From the NCBI GenBank assembly GCA_012551655.1, contig GCA_012551655.1_3034.1: a stretch of 33,627 nt of DNA; one strand, given 5' to 3'. The notes under the pieces were generated by a model. The model did not search any database. It was not told the DNA's origin and saw only the letters and a program-made list of their open reading frames with translations. A program made the position numbers and the translations under genes. Shown here piece by piece: positions 17,368-25,566 of this stretch (the stretch's first letter is position 1; every line of letters starts with the position of its first letter). The DNA is from a phage.

Positions 17368-17448
17368 TCACTGGCGTCCGAAGACGCCTTTAGTTTTAAG
17401 ATTGTTACGATAGAACTGCATCACATGTTCGTTATGGAAATTACTCAT
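17368..17448 (-). CDS. stp: Stp peptide (26 aa)
   Basis: Reverse translation gives [26 protein letters not shown], which I recognise as T4 Stp; ATG overlaps the ndd stop by 1 nt; 3' end contains a GGCGUC-UUCG-GACGCC hairpin. Confidence 0.8.
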
Positions 17449-17906
17449 TAATATGCCTGCAAAACAAATTTAAAGTTATCAGCCAACATACGGTTCATTT
17501 CTTCAAGTGTTTGATACTCAGAATGATGATTACGAGTAAACGCCAAAGCTAACTGACCTTTACCAAATCCCGTCGTCAGAGGTTTCATCTTAGAAGCAGG
17601 CAGATAAAATACTGTGTATGGAACATTGTTATTTGCAATAGTACGCGCAAGCTGAGACCGACGCTGACGAATATGACTTAGAACCGCACTGAATCCTTGC
17701 TTAGAACGCTGATTACCTACATAAAATCGTGCAGACACGCACGGATTACTAAATGGACGACCATCTAATTTACACACTAAAAAGTAAAATCCAGGTTTAG
17801 ATAAAATATCTTTGTGTGGAGTTCCCAAAAACCACTCACCGTTCTTGATTGTACCAATAACGGTAGCGCCTGCATTATTCAGATCAGTAACAGTCATATA
17901 TTTCAT
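17448..17906 (-). CDS. ndd: Ndd nucleoid disruption protein (151 aa)
   Basis: Track ORF 17448..17954 trimmed to ATG at 17906 (GAGGA SD): [21 protein letters not shown]... matches recalled T4 Ndd. Confidence 0.85.
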
Positions 17907-17938
17907 ATTAATTTCCTCTAAATTATTTTCTACTCCAA

Positions 17939-17960
17939 GGCCGCATGAATACACGCGGCC
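17939..17960 (-). other. Intergenic hairpin GGCCGC...GCGGCC upstream of ndd
   Basis: 6-bp GC stem with 10-nt loop; no U-tract. Confidence 0.4.
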
Positions 17961-17966
17961 ATTAAA

Positions 17967-18182
17967 TTAATCGTCGCAGTCGACGCTCAATTCCCAAAAC
18001 TCTTCTACGGTATAAGTTTCAGTATCATTTTCAATACAGAAACGTTCATTACTATTGTTTGCTAAAGTAGCATTAACTGTCATTTTCTCGCTAGTGCTCT
18101 TAAGTGGTGAAATACGAATTAACTGATCACCATTATCTAAACAAAAAATTTCACCAACTTTTACATCTTTAAAGCTTTTCAT
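17967..18182 (-). CDS. Hypothetical acidic 71-aa protein
   Basis: ATG with GAGGTGA SD; MKSFKDVKVGEIFCLDNGDQLIRISPLK... Confidence 0.55.
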   Translation of the reverse strand: MKSFKDVKVGEIFCLDNGDQLIRISPLKSTSEKMTVNATLANNSNERFCIENDTETYTVEEFWELSVDCDD

Positions 18183-18190
18183 AATTCACC

Positions 18191-18301
18191 TCAAGGAGTA
18201 TAAAATCCAAATGCAGTTGTTGACCATCCCATCCAATATGGGAAATTTGCACCAATGTAAAACATAAGAATATAAAACCAACCGCTCAGCAAATTCATCA
18301 T
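18191..18301 (-). CDS. Hypothetical 36-aa hydrophobic peptide
   Basis: MMNLLSGWFYILMFYIGANFPYWMGWSTTAFGFYTP; ATG overlaps the upstream stop (ATGA). Confidence 0.3.
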   Translation of the reverse strand: MMNLLSGWFYILMFYIGANFPYWMGWSTTAFGFYTP

Positions 18302-18495
18302 TTTACACCGTTCCAAATTGTTTCAACCACAGATTTTAAACCATTTTGATGAATATCCATTCCGACTACTGCCATCAAATAGATTCCAACTACAACTGAA
18401 CCTAAGGCAAAAATCAGCATGAAAATGAATAAAGCCGGAAAAATATTATCGAAAAACCATTCAATAAATGTAAAAGCACTGCGTTTACGCTTCAT
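18298..18495 (-). CDS. Hypothetical 65-aa membrane protein
   Basis: Track ORF 18298..18516 starts at TTG; ATG at 18495 with GAGGA SD gives MKRKRSAFTFIEWFFDNIFPALFIFMLIFALGSVVVGIYLMAVVG... Confidence 0.5.
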   Translation of the reverse strand: MKRKRSAFTFIEWFFDNIFPALFIFMLIFALGSVVVGIYLMAVVGMDIHQNGLKSVVETIWNGVK

Positions 18496-18502
18496 ATTTT
18501 CC

Positions 18503-18616
18503 TCACATAAATCCAAAGTAAACGTTTAATACATCAATCATTAAAACGATTGGGAATATACTCAAAACTATTAGTATTATAACTACATTCCATATAGCTT
18601 TAATAATCTTTTTCAT
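18503..18616 (-). CDS. Hypothetical 37-aa membrane peptide
   Basis: ATG at 18616 directly after promoter leader and SD GGAGGA: MKKIIKAIWNVVIILIVLSIFPIVLMIDVLNVYFGFM; the 82-aa track ORF is an N-terminal over-extension across the promoter. Confidence 0.45.
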   Translation of the reverse strand: MKKIIKAIWNVVIILIVLSIFPIVLMIDVLNVYFGFM

Positions 18617-18644
18617 TTTCTGTTCCTCCGTAGTTGATAGGGTA

Positions 18645-18674
18645 ATAGTACCACGGAAGAACAGTCTTGTAAAC
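18645..18674 (-). promoter_or_regulatory. T4-type early promoter
   Basis: GTTTAC (18674-18669), 18 bp, TACTAT (18650-18645), leader tatcaactacggagga. Confidence 0.5.
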
Positions 18675-18681
18675 AACTTTT

Positions 18682-18780
18682 TTAAAAATATTCGTAATAA
18701 ATGTGAATACCAACTACTACCGCTGAAACCTGTGCAACCCACCACGCACAAGCAATAAGTACAGAATTCAAAATTTTCAT
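18682..18780 (-). CDS. Hypothetical 32-aa hydrophobic peptide
   Basis: MKILNSVLIACAWWVAQVSAVVVGIHIYYEYF; ATG overlaps stop of the upstream 28-aa ORF (ATGA). Confidence 0.3.
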   Translation of the reverse strand: MKILNSVLIACAWWVAQVSAVVVGIHIYYEYF

Positions 18781-18863
18781 AATAACCTCATCACAAAAGT
18801 AAATGTTAAACAAATTACTGGAATACTAATTAACCAAACGAAACACCACCATAATGAACTCAT
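18777..18863 (-). CDS. Hypothetical 28-aa hydrophobic peptide
   Basis: MSSLWWCFVWLISIPVICLTFTFVMRLL; ATG overlaps stop of the upstream 87-aa ORF (ATGA). Confidence 0.3.
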   Translation of the reverse strand: MSSLWWCFVWLISIPVICLTFTFVMRLL

Positions 18864-19123
18864 AGTTCAATCTCAGCGATTTTCATTTCATTACTATTAA
18901 TAGCCTCTTTAAGACTATCTGAAAGAATTACATTCCAGTGGTCATTCATATGACCATTAACTAAGCGTGTAATTTCTTCAGGAGTTGAAAAATAAGGCTG
19001 ATCAGACTCCCAATGCGATAATTCTAAGCGAGTATAAATCATGCCTTCATCATCGCTAGAATATTCAACTGACACAAACTCATCAGTTATTTTATGTTTA
19101 GCGTAATAAAATTTAAATTTCAT
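18860..19123 (-). CDS. Hypothetical 87-aa protein
   Basis: Track ORF 18860..19216 trimmed to ATG at 19123 after SD GGAGGAG: MKFKFYYAKHKITDEFVSVEYSSDDEGMIYTRLELSHWESDQPYF... Confidence 0.55.
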   Translation of the reverse strand: MKFKFYYAKHKITDEFVSVEYSSDDEGMIYTRLELSHWESDQPYFSTPEEITRLVNGHMNDHWNVILSDSLKEAINSNEMKIAEIEL

Positions 19124-19149
19124 TTTTACTCCTCCGTAGCTGATAGTTG

Positions 19150-19179
19150 TATAGTACCACGGTCCTTGTGGTATGTAAA
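19150..19179 (-). promoter_or_regulatory. T4-type early promoter
   Basis: GTTTAC (19179-19174), 18 bp, TACTAT (19155-19150), leader tatcagctacggaggag. Confidence 0.5.
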
Positions 19180-19197
19180 CCATTTTGTGAAATTTTT

Positions 19198-19755
19198 TTA
19201 AATGGAAAGATACCATCCGTTGTAGTTGCTTTTTCTTACAACCTTACGAAGGTCTTCTCTGTCACCGATGAACTTCGGAGTGTACTGGATGACACCTGGA
19301 TGAATTTCTTTAGTGTTGAATATAATTATACAGTCAGCGACTTGATGATTTAGAATGGGCCCTAGATTTATTCCAGAACCATATGGATACTCTCCGCTGC
19401 ATCCTGTTGTTACCGAAATCCAACGTGAGTCAGTTTGATGTGTCTTAACTTCTACACGAAGCCCGCAGTATCTTGGATGCGCCAATACATCCCATGCGTA
19501 TGTATACGGGTCATTAACATCCTCTTGGCCTTTATTGACATATCCGCTTAGCCAATCTGCTACAAAAAATTCTGCGTACACAGCAATACGGCATCTTTCG
19601 ATAACTTCTGCCTTATCCTGATTTGGGTTTTGTTTTAAAGAGTATCTTGCAGTATTAGCAATTTTGACCTTCATTTCACTAGTCAAGTCACTGTTCGATA
19701 GGGTAAATGTCGGAATCTGAAATAGTCTCTGTAGCCCCGGATTCGTTTTCTGCAT
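19198..19755 (-). CDS. denB: Endonuclease IV DenB (185 aa)
   Basis: 185 aa as T4 DenB; AGGAAAG SD before ATG at 19755; position between ndd cluster and rIIB. Confidence 0.75.
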   Translation of the reverse strand: MQKTNPGLQRLFQIPTFTLSNSDLTSEMKVKIANTARYSLKQNPNQDKAEVIERCRIAVYAEFFVADWLSGYVNKGQEDVNDPYTYAWDVLAHPRYCGLRVEVKTHQTDSRWISVTTGCSGEYPYGSGINLGPILNHQVADCIIIFNTKEIHPGVIQYTPKFIGDREDLRKVVRKSNYNGWYLSI

Positions 19756-20017
19756 TTAAACTTTCCTTTTTACCGCTGAGATAAGCGTTATACACTTTAA
19801 GAGTACCGTAGTAAATTCGGTCATTTTCATCTAAAGACACACGGTCAAGTTCATCAAGTTCCTTTTTATCCATGACTATAACATCATTGCAATAAAGAAA
19901 CCCAAGTTTTTCGTGACCAAACTCAAATTTATTACAGTACACAATATTAGCGTGATGATTTCCATGCAGTTTAATCTCTTTTATGTCGGAATCACCGATA
20001 TTCATACAATAAATCAT
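19688..20017 (-). CDS. Hypothetical 109-aa protein; 3' end overlaps denB by 68 nt
   Basis: ATG at 20017 with aaggaaaa SD directly after a terminator-like hairpin; acidic low-complexity C-terminal tail. Confidence 0.5.
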   Translation of the reverse strand: MIYCMNIGDSDIKEIKLHGNHHANIVYCNKFEFGHEKLGFLYCNDVIVMDKKELDELDRVSLDENDRIYYGTLKVYNAYLSGKKESLNAENESGATETISDSDIYPIEQ

Positions 20018-20033
20018 AATTTTTCCTTAAAAC

Positions 20034-20052
20034 AAAAGGGCCGAAGCCCTTT
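20034..20052 (-). terminator. UUCG-loop hairpin with flanking T-tracts (partial terminator)
   Basis: AAAGGGC-CGAA-GCCCTTT on plus (UUCG loop on minus); T-rich both sides; between the 64-aa and 109-aa ORFs. Confidence 0.5.
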
Positions 20053-20055
20053 ATT

Positions 20056-20250
20056 TTACTTGAATTGTGCAATTCTTTTCTCTAGACATTCAGCATAAGA
20101 TTTCATTGAGATGAACTGTGAAAGCAGCAGTTCTTGCTCAACTGCACTAACCGTTAGAAACTTTGTGCTTTCTAAAAATTTGCTCAGTGCATTAATTTTG
20201 AGCATTAATTGATCGTATTCTTCTTTTACTCGTGCTTGATAACCTAACAT
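20056..20250 (-). CDS. Hypothetical 64-aa protein between rIIB and denB
   Basis: ATG at 20250 with AAGGAAAA SD directly after the rIIB 3' hairpin; predicted helical (MLGYQARVKEEYDQLMLKINALSKFLEST...). Confidence 0.5.
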   Translation of the reverse strand: MLGYQARVKEEYDQLMLKINALSKFLESTKFLTVSAVEQELLLSQFISMKSYAECLEKRIAQFK

Positions 20251-20267
20251 AATTTTCCTTAATATGA

Positions 20268-20285
20268 TAAGGGCCGAAGCCCTTA
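20268..20285 (-). other. UUCG-loop hairpin spanning the rIIB stop codon
   Basis: TAAGGGC-CGAA-GCCCTTA on plus; minus-strand RNA GGGC-UUCG-GCCC. Confidence 0.5.
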
Positions 20286-21221
20286 TTTAAATTGTTCAGT
20301 AACGTCTTCAACTACTTCGTATTGGCAGGTACGCATTTTAGCATCGTTGTAATCAATCGGAATTGATACTACATCACGTGGATGTACTTTAACTTTTACA
20401 ACTCGGCTGGTTGAACTGCCAAAGTGACGAATATAAGATTTAGAACACACATGCAGACCACGAGAACAAGTTTGTGTATCATCGTCATTCACACGAGTAC
20501 GCGGCATTTTAACTACTTTACCAGGACTGTTATCAAAGGTGTTTGAGTGACAGTCAAAGTAGTTGTCACGAACTACTTTCCAAGCATAGAAGTAACCATC
20601 TTCTGTAATTTCAATATCGTTTGCTACCAAGAAATCAAAGAGTCGAGATACCGCTTTCTGGCTTGGGTTTTCCAGCAGATTTTCCAAGAACGGAAAATAA
20701 AATTCAAAGTTTTCACCTTTTTCCATCGAATCGAGAATACGATCAACTAAACCAGACCGTAATTCGATATTTTGATAGAACAAGCTTCCGCCTTCAATTC
20801 GAACATCGCCGGAAATATATTTTTCAACAGCGCGACGAACATTAATTTTTTGTGCCGCTTCTTCCAACTTATCTGCTACAAGCAGATTAAGAATTTCCTG
20901 GAAGTTTGAATGAGTATTAGGAGTTGCGTTATAAGTTACACCGTCAACAGTAATTGAAATGAATTTTTTAGATGCATTCCAAATAATGTCAGATTTAGCA
21001 ACTGGAGCAATAACTGCATCGCTATTAACTTTAATTGTAATATCACCGCTAATAGTAACTTTAGAGCGTTTAGCTTCTTCAGCATTTTTCAAAACACGAC
21101 GAATTGTGTCAACCGATACACCTTGCCAATCAGCCAATTCCTGTTGGGTGTAATTACCGCTTGAATACAATTTAACAATTTCAGCTTGTTCGTTTTTGGT
21201 CAGGCATTTAATATTGTACAT
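20283..21221 (-). CDS. rIIB: rIIB protein (312 aa)
   Basis: 312 aa as T4 rIIB, immediately downstream of the 725-aa rIIA; MYNIKCLTKNEQAEIVKLYSSGNYTQQELADWQG... Confidence 0.9.
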   Translation of the reverse strand: MYNIKCLTKNEQAEIVKLYSSGNYTQQELADWQGVSVDTIRRVLKNAEEAKRSKVTISGDITIKVNSDAVIAPVAKSDIIWNASKKFISITVDGVTYNATPNTHSNFQEILNLLVADKLEEAAQKINVRRAVEKYISGDVRIEGGSLFYQNIELRSGLVDRILDSMEKGENFEFYFPFLENLLENPSQKAVSRLFDFLVANDIEITEDGYFYAWKVVRDNYFDCHSNTFDNSPGKVVKMPRTRVNDDDTQTCSRGLHVCSKSYIRHFGSSTSRVVKVKVHPRDVVSIPIDYNDAKMRTCQYEVVEDVTEQFK

Positions 21222-21232
21222 AATTTTCCTTA

Positions 21233-23410
21233 TTAGGCCGCAAGGGCCTTCATAGTTTTAGCGATTTGGGAAACTTCATCATCACTCAAAGAGTTACGAT
21301 AACCGATGAAGTCGGAAACAATACGGAATTTCTTGGTAAACTCAGCAACCATTTTATCACTATTTTTTGAAGCATTACGTGATAATTCATCAAAGAGATT
21401 AGTTACTGTCCAGATATCATGACCGATGGTATCTTTTCCACCATTGAAATATACACCGCGTAATGAACTAACCATATTACCAAGTCGTGTATATTCTTCA
21501 GAAACTTCATCTGTACTGAAGTACTTCATCATAAAATCTAGTTCAGGATACTTGATAATTTTATCAATATATCGTTGAGCTGAACTTGAATAACCTACAT
21601 ACTTATCATAATCTACATCATCAAAAGCATCTACATATAAATCACGCAAAGCTTCAAAAATACATTGGCACTGACCAAGCTCTTTTACCTTTTTCTGCAA
21701 AAGCGGACGAATAACATAAAATTCATTAATGCCAATAAGATTAGCCATACGAATCAAAATATTCATAGATGGATGACAAAGCGATGTAGTACCATCCATA
21801 GAGAAAATATCAGAACGATGCATATACGCTACATAACCAGTAATTTCATCTGCTTCTGACGTAAGTGTAAATAGTTCCTCTTTTTCCCATCGTCCATCTT
21901 TAATTTCAAATTTAAATGCTGTAGCAGCTTTAGGACGAGGAGCTTTACTTTTAACTACCTTTGGAATATAGCTTTTAACTAAAGCTTCAATTTCTGACAA
22001 ATAATGAATGTTAACTTCATCACTTTCAAACATTGCCATAATATCAGGTAGTAAATCAATCTGCGATTCTACTTCCGGATTAATAAACAGAAGACGCTCA
22101 TTGTGATGAATATTTAAAGTGTTATTAAATTCACTATCATCTAACGCATGCGCTAATCCACGGACAATATTAACACGATTTTTAATATTATCAATAACGA
22201 TATTAATTTTTGTTGTATTAATACCAAACAGACGATAACTTGATGCAACGGCTGAAGTTTCATGGCTTTGCTTAATACGCTTCAGTCGAGGGTCAAGATT
22301 TACTTCATACACAACCCCTGCATTGCATAGCTTACTGTCAGGTTCAAACATGCTCTGCATTTTCTTATATGACAGATTTTTAGTCGTGAATTTGACTGAA
22401 TTACTAATCATATAATCTCGAGCAGAATACCCCATCTTCATTAATTCACGATATGTGTGACGAGGAGATGTAGATTCTTTAAATCGTTTTACATCTTCAT
22501 TAAATGCTTTCTCACTGAGTTCTTTAACTCGTTCAATGATATTTTTACGAGTACGATCATCCAGTGAAAGAGCCTCACGAGATGGAGCAATATCAAGTGA
22601 ACCCATTGGAAACTTAATGTAATTCACTTCATTGCGAATGCTTAGCCAGTTACGGTCTCTAATAACACCATCGATAGGATAAACAATACCGCCGTAGATA
22701 GCATATAATCCACCACGATCAGGCCAGTATCTTTCTGGATTTACACCGTAATAGTCATCAAAATCTGGAAAATAATCAATTTCGCGGTCAAGACCATTAA
22801 TGATAGCCAAATCTTTGAATGGTCGCATGATATAAGAAACTTCATAAGCAAAGTTTCTAAAGTCTTTTTCTTCAACTGGAACTACAATTTCAATACCAGT
22901 TTTATCATCTGGACCCATTTCTTTTACGAATGTAGGTTTAATCTGTGGACCATCACCATCCATATAAGCTACATAACCACGAATTTCACCTTTATGATAC
23001 GAAGTAATACTAAATGTATCAGTATAACTAAACGGAGATTTAGAACCTAAACCAAATCCGCCAATGAAATCGTTAGATTCAGCCTTAGATGAACTGAAGT
23101 ATGAATTATACAACCCAGGAGAATTATCATCACCTTGAATATCAAAATCACTCATACCCGGACCAAAATCTCGACAAACAAATCGTGGGTCTAAACGTCC
23201 AGGAATTTGTATGATAAATTTTTCAGGATTTCCATTAAGTGCATGAGCATCAATCATGTTAGTAATCAATTCACGGACTACTGCGCGAATCTTGTTTGTA
23301 TACAAATCAGATGATAGAATTTTAAATACTTTAGGATTTGCTGCGATGCTAAATGCTTTTGATTTAGAACCATTACCAAGAATTGTTTCTTTTTCAGTGG
23401 TGATAATCAT
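21233..23410 (-). CDS. rIIA: rIIA protein (725 aa)
   Basis: 725 aa as T4 rIIA; GHKL-like N-terminal region (IDAHALNG...DFGPGM); followed by rIIB with 11-nt gap. Confidence 0.9.
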   Translation of the reverse strand: MIITTEKETILGNGSKSKAFSIAANPKVFKILSSDLYTNKIRAVVRELITNMIDAHALNGNPEKFIIQIPGRLDPRFVCRDFGPGMSDFDIQGDDNSPGLYNSYFSSSKAESNDFIGGFGLGSKSPFSYTDTFSITSYHKGEIRGYVAYMDGDGPQIKPTFVKEMGPDDKTGIEIVVPVEEKDFRNFAYEVSYIMRPFKDLAIINGLDREIDYFPDFDDYYGVNPERYWPDRGGLYAIYGGIVYPIDGVIRDRNWLSIRNEVNYIKFPMGSLDIAPSREALSLDDRTRKNIIERVKELSEKAFNEDVKRFKESTSPRHTYRELMKMGYSARDYMISNSVKFTTKNLSYKKMQSMFEPDSKLCNAGVVYEVNLDPRLKRIKQSHETSAVASSYRLFGINTTKINIVIDNIKNRVNIVRGLAHALDDSEFNNTLNIHHNERLLFINPEVESQIDLLPDIMAMFESDEVNIHYLSEIEALVKSYIPKVVKSKAPRPKAATAFKFEIKDGRWEKEELFTLTSEADEITGYVAYMHRSDIFSMDGTTSLCHPSMNILIRMANLIGINEFYVIRPLLQKKVKELGQCQCIFEALRDLYVDAFDDVDYDKYVGYSSSAQRYIDKIIKYPELDFMMKYFSTDEVSEEYTRLGNMVSSLRGVYFNGGKDTIGHDIWTVTNLFDELSRNASKNSDKMVAEFTKKFRIVSDFIGYRNSLSDDEVSQIAKTMKALAA
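21236..21250 (-). other. GGCC-loop-GGCC hairpin encoded within the last codons of rIIA
   Basis: GGCCGCAAGGGCC palindrome overlapping the ...MKALAA* coding end. Confidence 0.4.
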
Positions 23411-23420
23411 AATTTCCTCA

Positions 23421-23624
23421 TTAATTCATATTACGTTTAATAACTTCGGCAACTTCTAGTAGTTCATCTTTAGTTGCAGTGTCGGATTGAATTTTATCTC
23501 TAATATCTTTAAAGCGGTTTTTAAATTCTTCGGCTTCTCCCATATCGAAAAAGCGTTGAATGATTCTATATTCTCGATGAACTGCTTTATCAAAAAGTTC
23601 TAAATTTACTTTATATGATTTCAT
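23421..23624 (-). CDS. rIIA.1-like hypothetical 67-aa protein
   Basis: ATG with GAGGA SD downstream of an early promoter, upstream of rIIA. Confidence 0.6.
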   Translation of the reverse strand: MKSYKVNLELFDKAVHREYRIIQRFFDMGEAEEFKNRFKDIRDKIQSDTATKDELLEVAEVIKRNMN

Positions 23625-23649
23625 TTCAATATCCTCATTTGCCCAATTA

Positions 23650-23679
23650 ATTATACCACATCCTTGTGGTAAAGTAAAC
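23650..23679 (-). promoter_or_regulatory. T4-type early promoter for rIIA.1-rIIA, overlapping the 3' end of gene 39
   Basis: GTTTAC (23679-23674), 18 bp, TATAAT (23655-23650). Confidence 0.55.
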
Positions 23680-25496
23680 TACTGGCTCATCCATTCTTTA
23701 CGAAGGTCAGCATTATCTCCCATGAGCATTTCAAAAAGCTCTTTCCAGTTCTCAGGAAGTTTAACAACATCATATACTGGATTTTGAATCATCTCACGAT
23801 ATTCAGATTTTTCCAAAGAGCCAAGTCCTTTAATATAACGGATGCTATGTTTAGGTAGAGCATCTTTGGCACTCTCATATTCAGCGACTGTATAAAACCA
23901 TTCTTGTTTTTTACCGACCTGAGCGATGATTACAGGAGTTTTGACAAAGCGAATTCGTCCTTGCTCAAACAATTCTGGCCAATTACTAAAAAATCCAAGC
24001 AGAGAAGGATAAATGCTTCCTAGACCATCATGGTCAGCATCAGTCATAATAGCAATATTATGATAATTCAAGTTTTCAGCTTTTTCACCGAGAACTAATC
24101 CAGTGATTGCGCAAATATCAAATAGTTCTTTGTTTTTAAGCATATCAGCATATGACATACCCCAACTATTAAGAACTTTACCACGCAATGGATAACCACC
24201 ATGAAGTTCTTTATCACGAACATCAATAAGATATCCGATAGCCGAATCACCCTCAGTCAAGAAAAGAGTCGTGTCAGCATCTTTACCACAAAGATTCGCT
24301 TTAATATGTTTATGAACCTTAGCTTTAGAAGCCTTTTTAGCTGCTTTTGTTTCTGCTGCTTTTTCTGCTGCCAATTTACGAGCCAAAGCAGCTTCAATAA
24401 TCGGCATTAGAATTGCTTCATTATTTAGAATAGCACGTGAAATCTTTTTAGCATCAAGCTGAATATGACTACGGATTTCACCAAATGGAGAAGTCAAACG
24501 CTCTTTAGTTTGAGAATCAAATCGCATGTTTTTCATATCACGAACAAACATAACGATAGTCAAACATTCTTTAACACGTGCTTTAGTTACATCAATTTTG
24601 AATTTACGTTTGATTTGTGGAATAAGGTCTTCACAAATATCATCCATAACACAGTCAATGTGATGGCCACCATTCTTAGTGTGAATGTTATTCACATAAG
24701 TTAATTGACGAAATCCATCCGGTGAACGACCAACCGCAATAGAACAATTTTCTTGTTCTTGAACAATAGCATGTTCATCATACTGTCGTGCATATTTCTT
24801 AAAATTACCCTGAACCTTTTTACCATTAAAGGTAAATTGAATATCAGGATAAACAACAGCAAGTGTCTGGAGACGATCTAGTGTAATGTCAAGATAAACT
24901 TGGGACAGCTCATTAGTTTCAAATGACATAAAATCAGGAATGAAAGTAACACGAGTTCCTTTCCATTTTCCTGGAATAGTTTCCCATGATTTATTTTCCA
25001 TGCCATTTGAACAACGAACTACAATATTATTTTGACCATCGCCAGTTTCACCAACAAACATCACAGAAAAAATGTTAGTTAAACTAGAACCAACACCGTT
25101 CATACCGCCGGTGACGCGTTCTTTATCATCACCGAAGTTACCACCTGCTTTTGGAATAGTCCATGCAGCAACAGGACCAGGAATTTCTTCACCGGTAGGT
25201 GTTTTAACCATCGCTTGTGGAATACCGCGACCGTTATCTTCAACTGTTACTTGATTGTTTTTAATAGTAACGTTAATTTTATTTGCGAATTTAAACTTAG
25301 TACGAATACCTTCATCTACTGAGTTATCGATAATTTCATCAATAAGCTTAACAAGACCAGGTACATACTGAACACTTTCCCATTTACCAAACAGAAAGCG
25401 CTCATGCATTTCATTAGCAGAAGAACCAATGTACATGCCGCTACGCTTTTTGATATGTTCAATATCGCTCAGAATTTTAATTTCATTCTTAATCAT
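23679..25496 (-). CDS. 39: DNA topoisomerase II large subunit gp39, unsplit (605 aa; GyrB-like ATPase plus Toprim)
   Basis: Track ORF begins at GTG; ATG at 25496 with GAGGA SD. Motifs EIIDNSVDE and DNGRGIP (GHKL ATPase), EGDSA and DADHDG (Toprim). Single continuous ORF. Confidence 0.9.
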   Translation of the reverse strand: MIKNEIKILSDIEHIKKRSGMYIGSSANEMHERFLFGKWESVQYVPGLVKLIDEIIDNSVDEGIRTKFKFANKINVTIKNNQVTVEDNGRGIPQAMVKTPTGEEIPGPVAAWTIPKAGGNFGDDKERVTGGMNGVGSSLTNIFSVMFVGETGDGQNNIVVRCSNGMENKSWETIPGKWKGTRVTFIPDFMSFETNELSQVYLDITLDRLQTLAVVYPDIQFTFNGKKVQGNFKKYARQYDEHAIVQEQENCSIAVGRSPDGFRQLTYVNNIHTKNGGHHIDCVMDDICEDLIPQIKRKFKIDVTKARVKECLTIVMFVRDMKNMRFDSQTKERLTSPFGEIRSHIQLDAKKISRAILNNEAILMPIIEAALARKLAAEKAAETKAAKKASKAKVHKHIKANLCGKDADTTLFLTEGDSAIGYLIDVRDKELHGGYPLRGKVLNSWGMSYADMLKNKELFDICAITGLVLGEKAENLNYHNIAIMTDADHDGLGSIYPSLLGFFSNWPELFEQGRIRFVKTPVIIAQVGKKQEWFYTVAEYESAKDALPKHSIRYIKGLGSLEKSEYREMIQNPVYDVVKLPENWKELFEMLMGDNADLRKEWMSQ

Positions 25497-25523
25497 CACT
25501 TATCCTCGTTTGGTTTCGGGAAT

Positions 25524-25547
25524 ATTATACTCCGGTAATCATAAAGC
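25524..25547 (-). promoter_or_regulatory. Candidate MotA-dependent middle promoter for gene 39
   Basis: Minus strand aGCTTTA (MotA-box-like, one mismatch to TGCTTtA), 12 bp, TATAAT (25529-25524); no GTTTAC -35. Confidence 0.4.
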
Positions 25548-25548
25548 T

Positions 25549-25566
25549 AAAGGCCCGAAGGCCTTT
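25549..25566 (-). other. AAAGGCC-UUCG-GGCCUUU hairpin between the lipoprotein gene and the gene 39 promoter
   Basis: 7-bp stem, UUCG loop on the minus-strand RNA; short U-run only. Confidence 0.45.

Noticed and set aside
18503-18751. Full-length 82-aa track ORF (and the 118-aa 18860..19216 and 62-aa 17036..17224 track ORFs)
   Set aside because: The N-terminal parts run through early promoter and leader sequences; the real genes start at internal ATGs that follow the SD (18616, 19123, 17194).
23679-25499. Search for a gene 60-type translational bypass element or a mobA homing-endonuclease remnant in the topoisomerase gene
   Set aside because: The reading frame is continuous with both ATPase and Toprim motifs; no internal stop or extra ORF is present.
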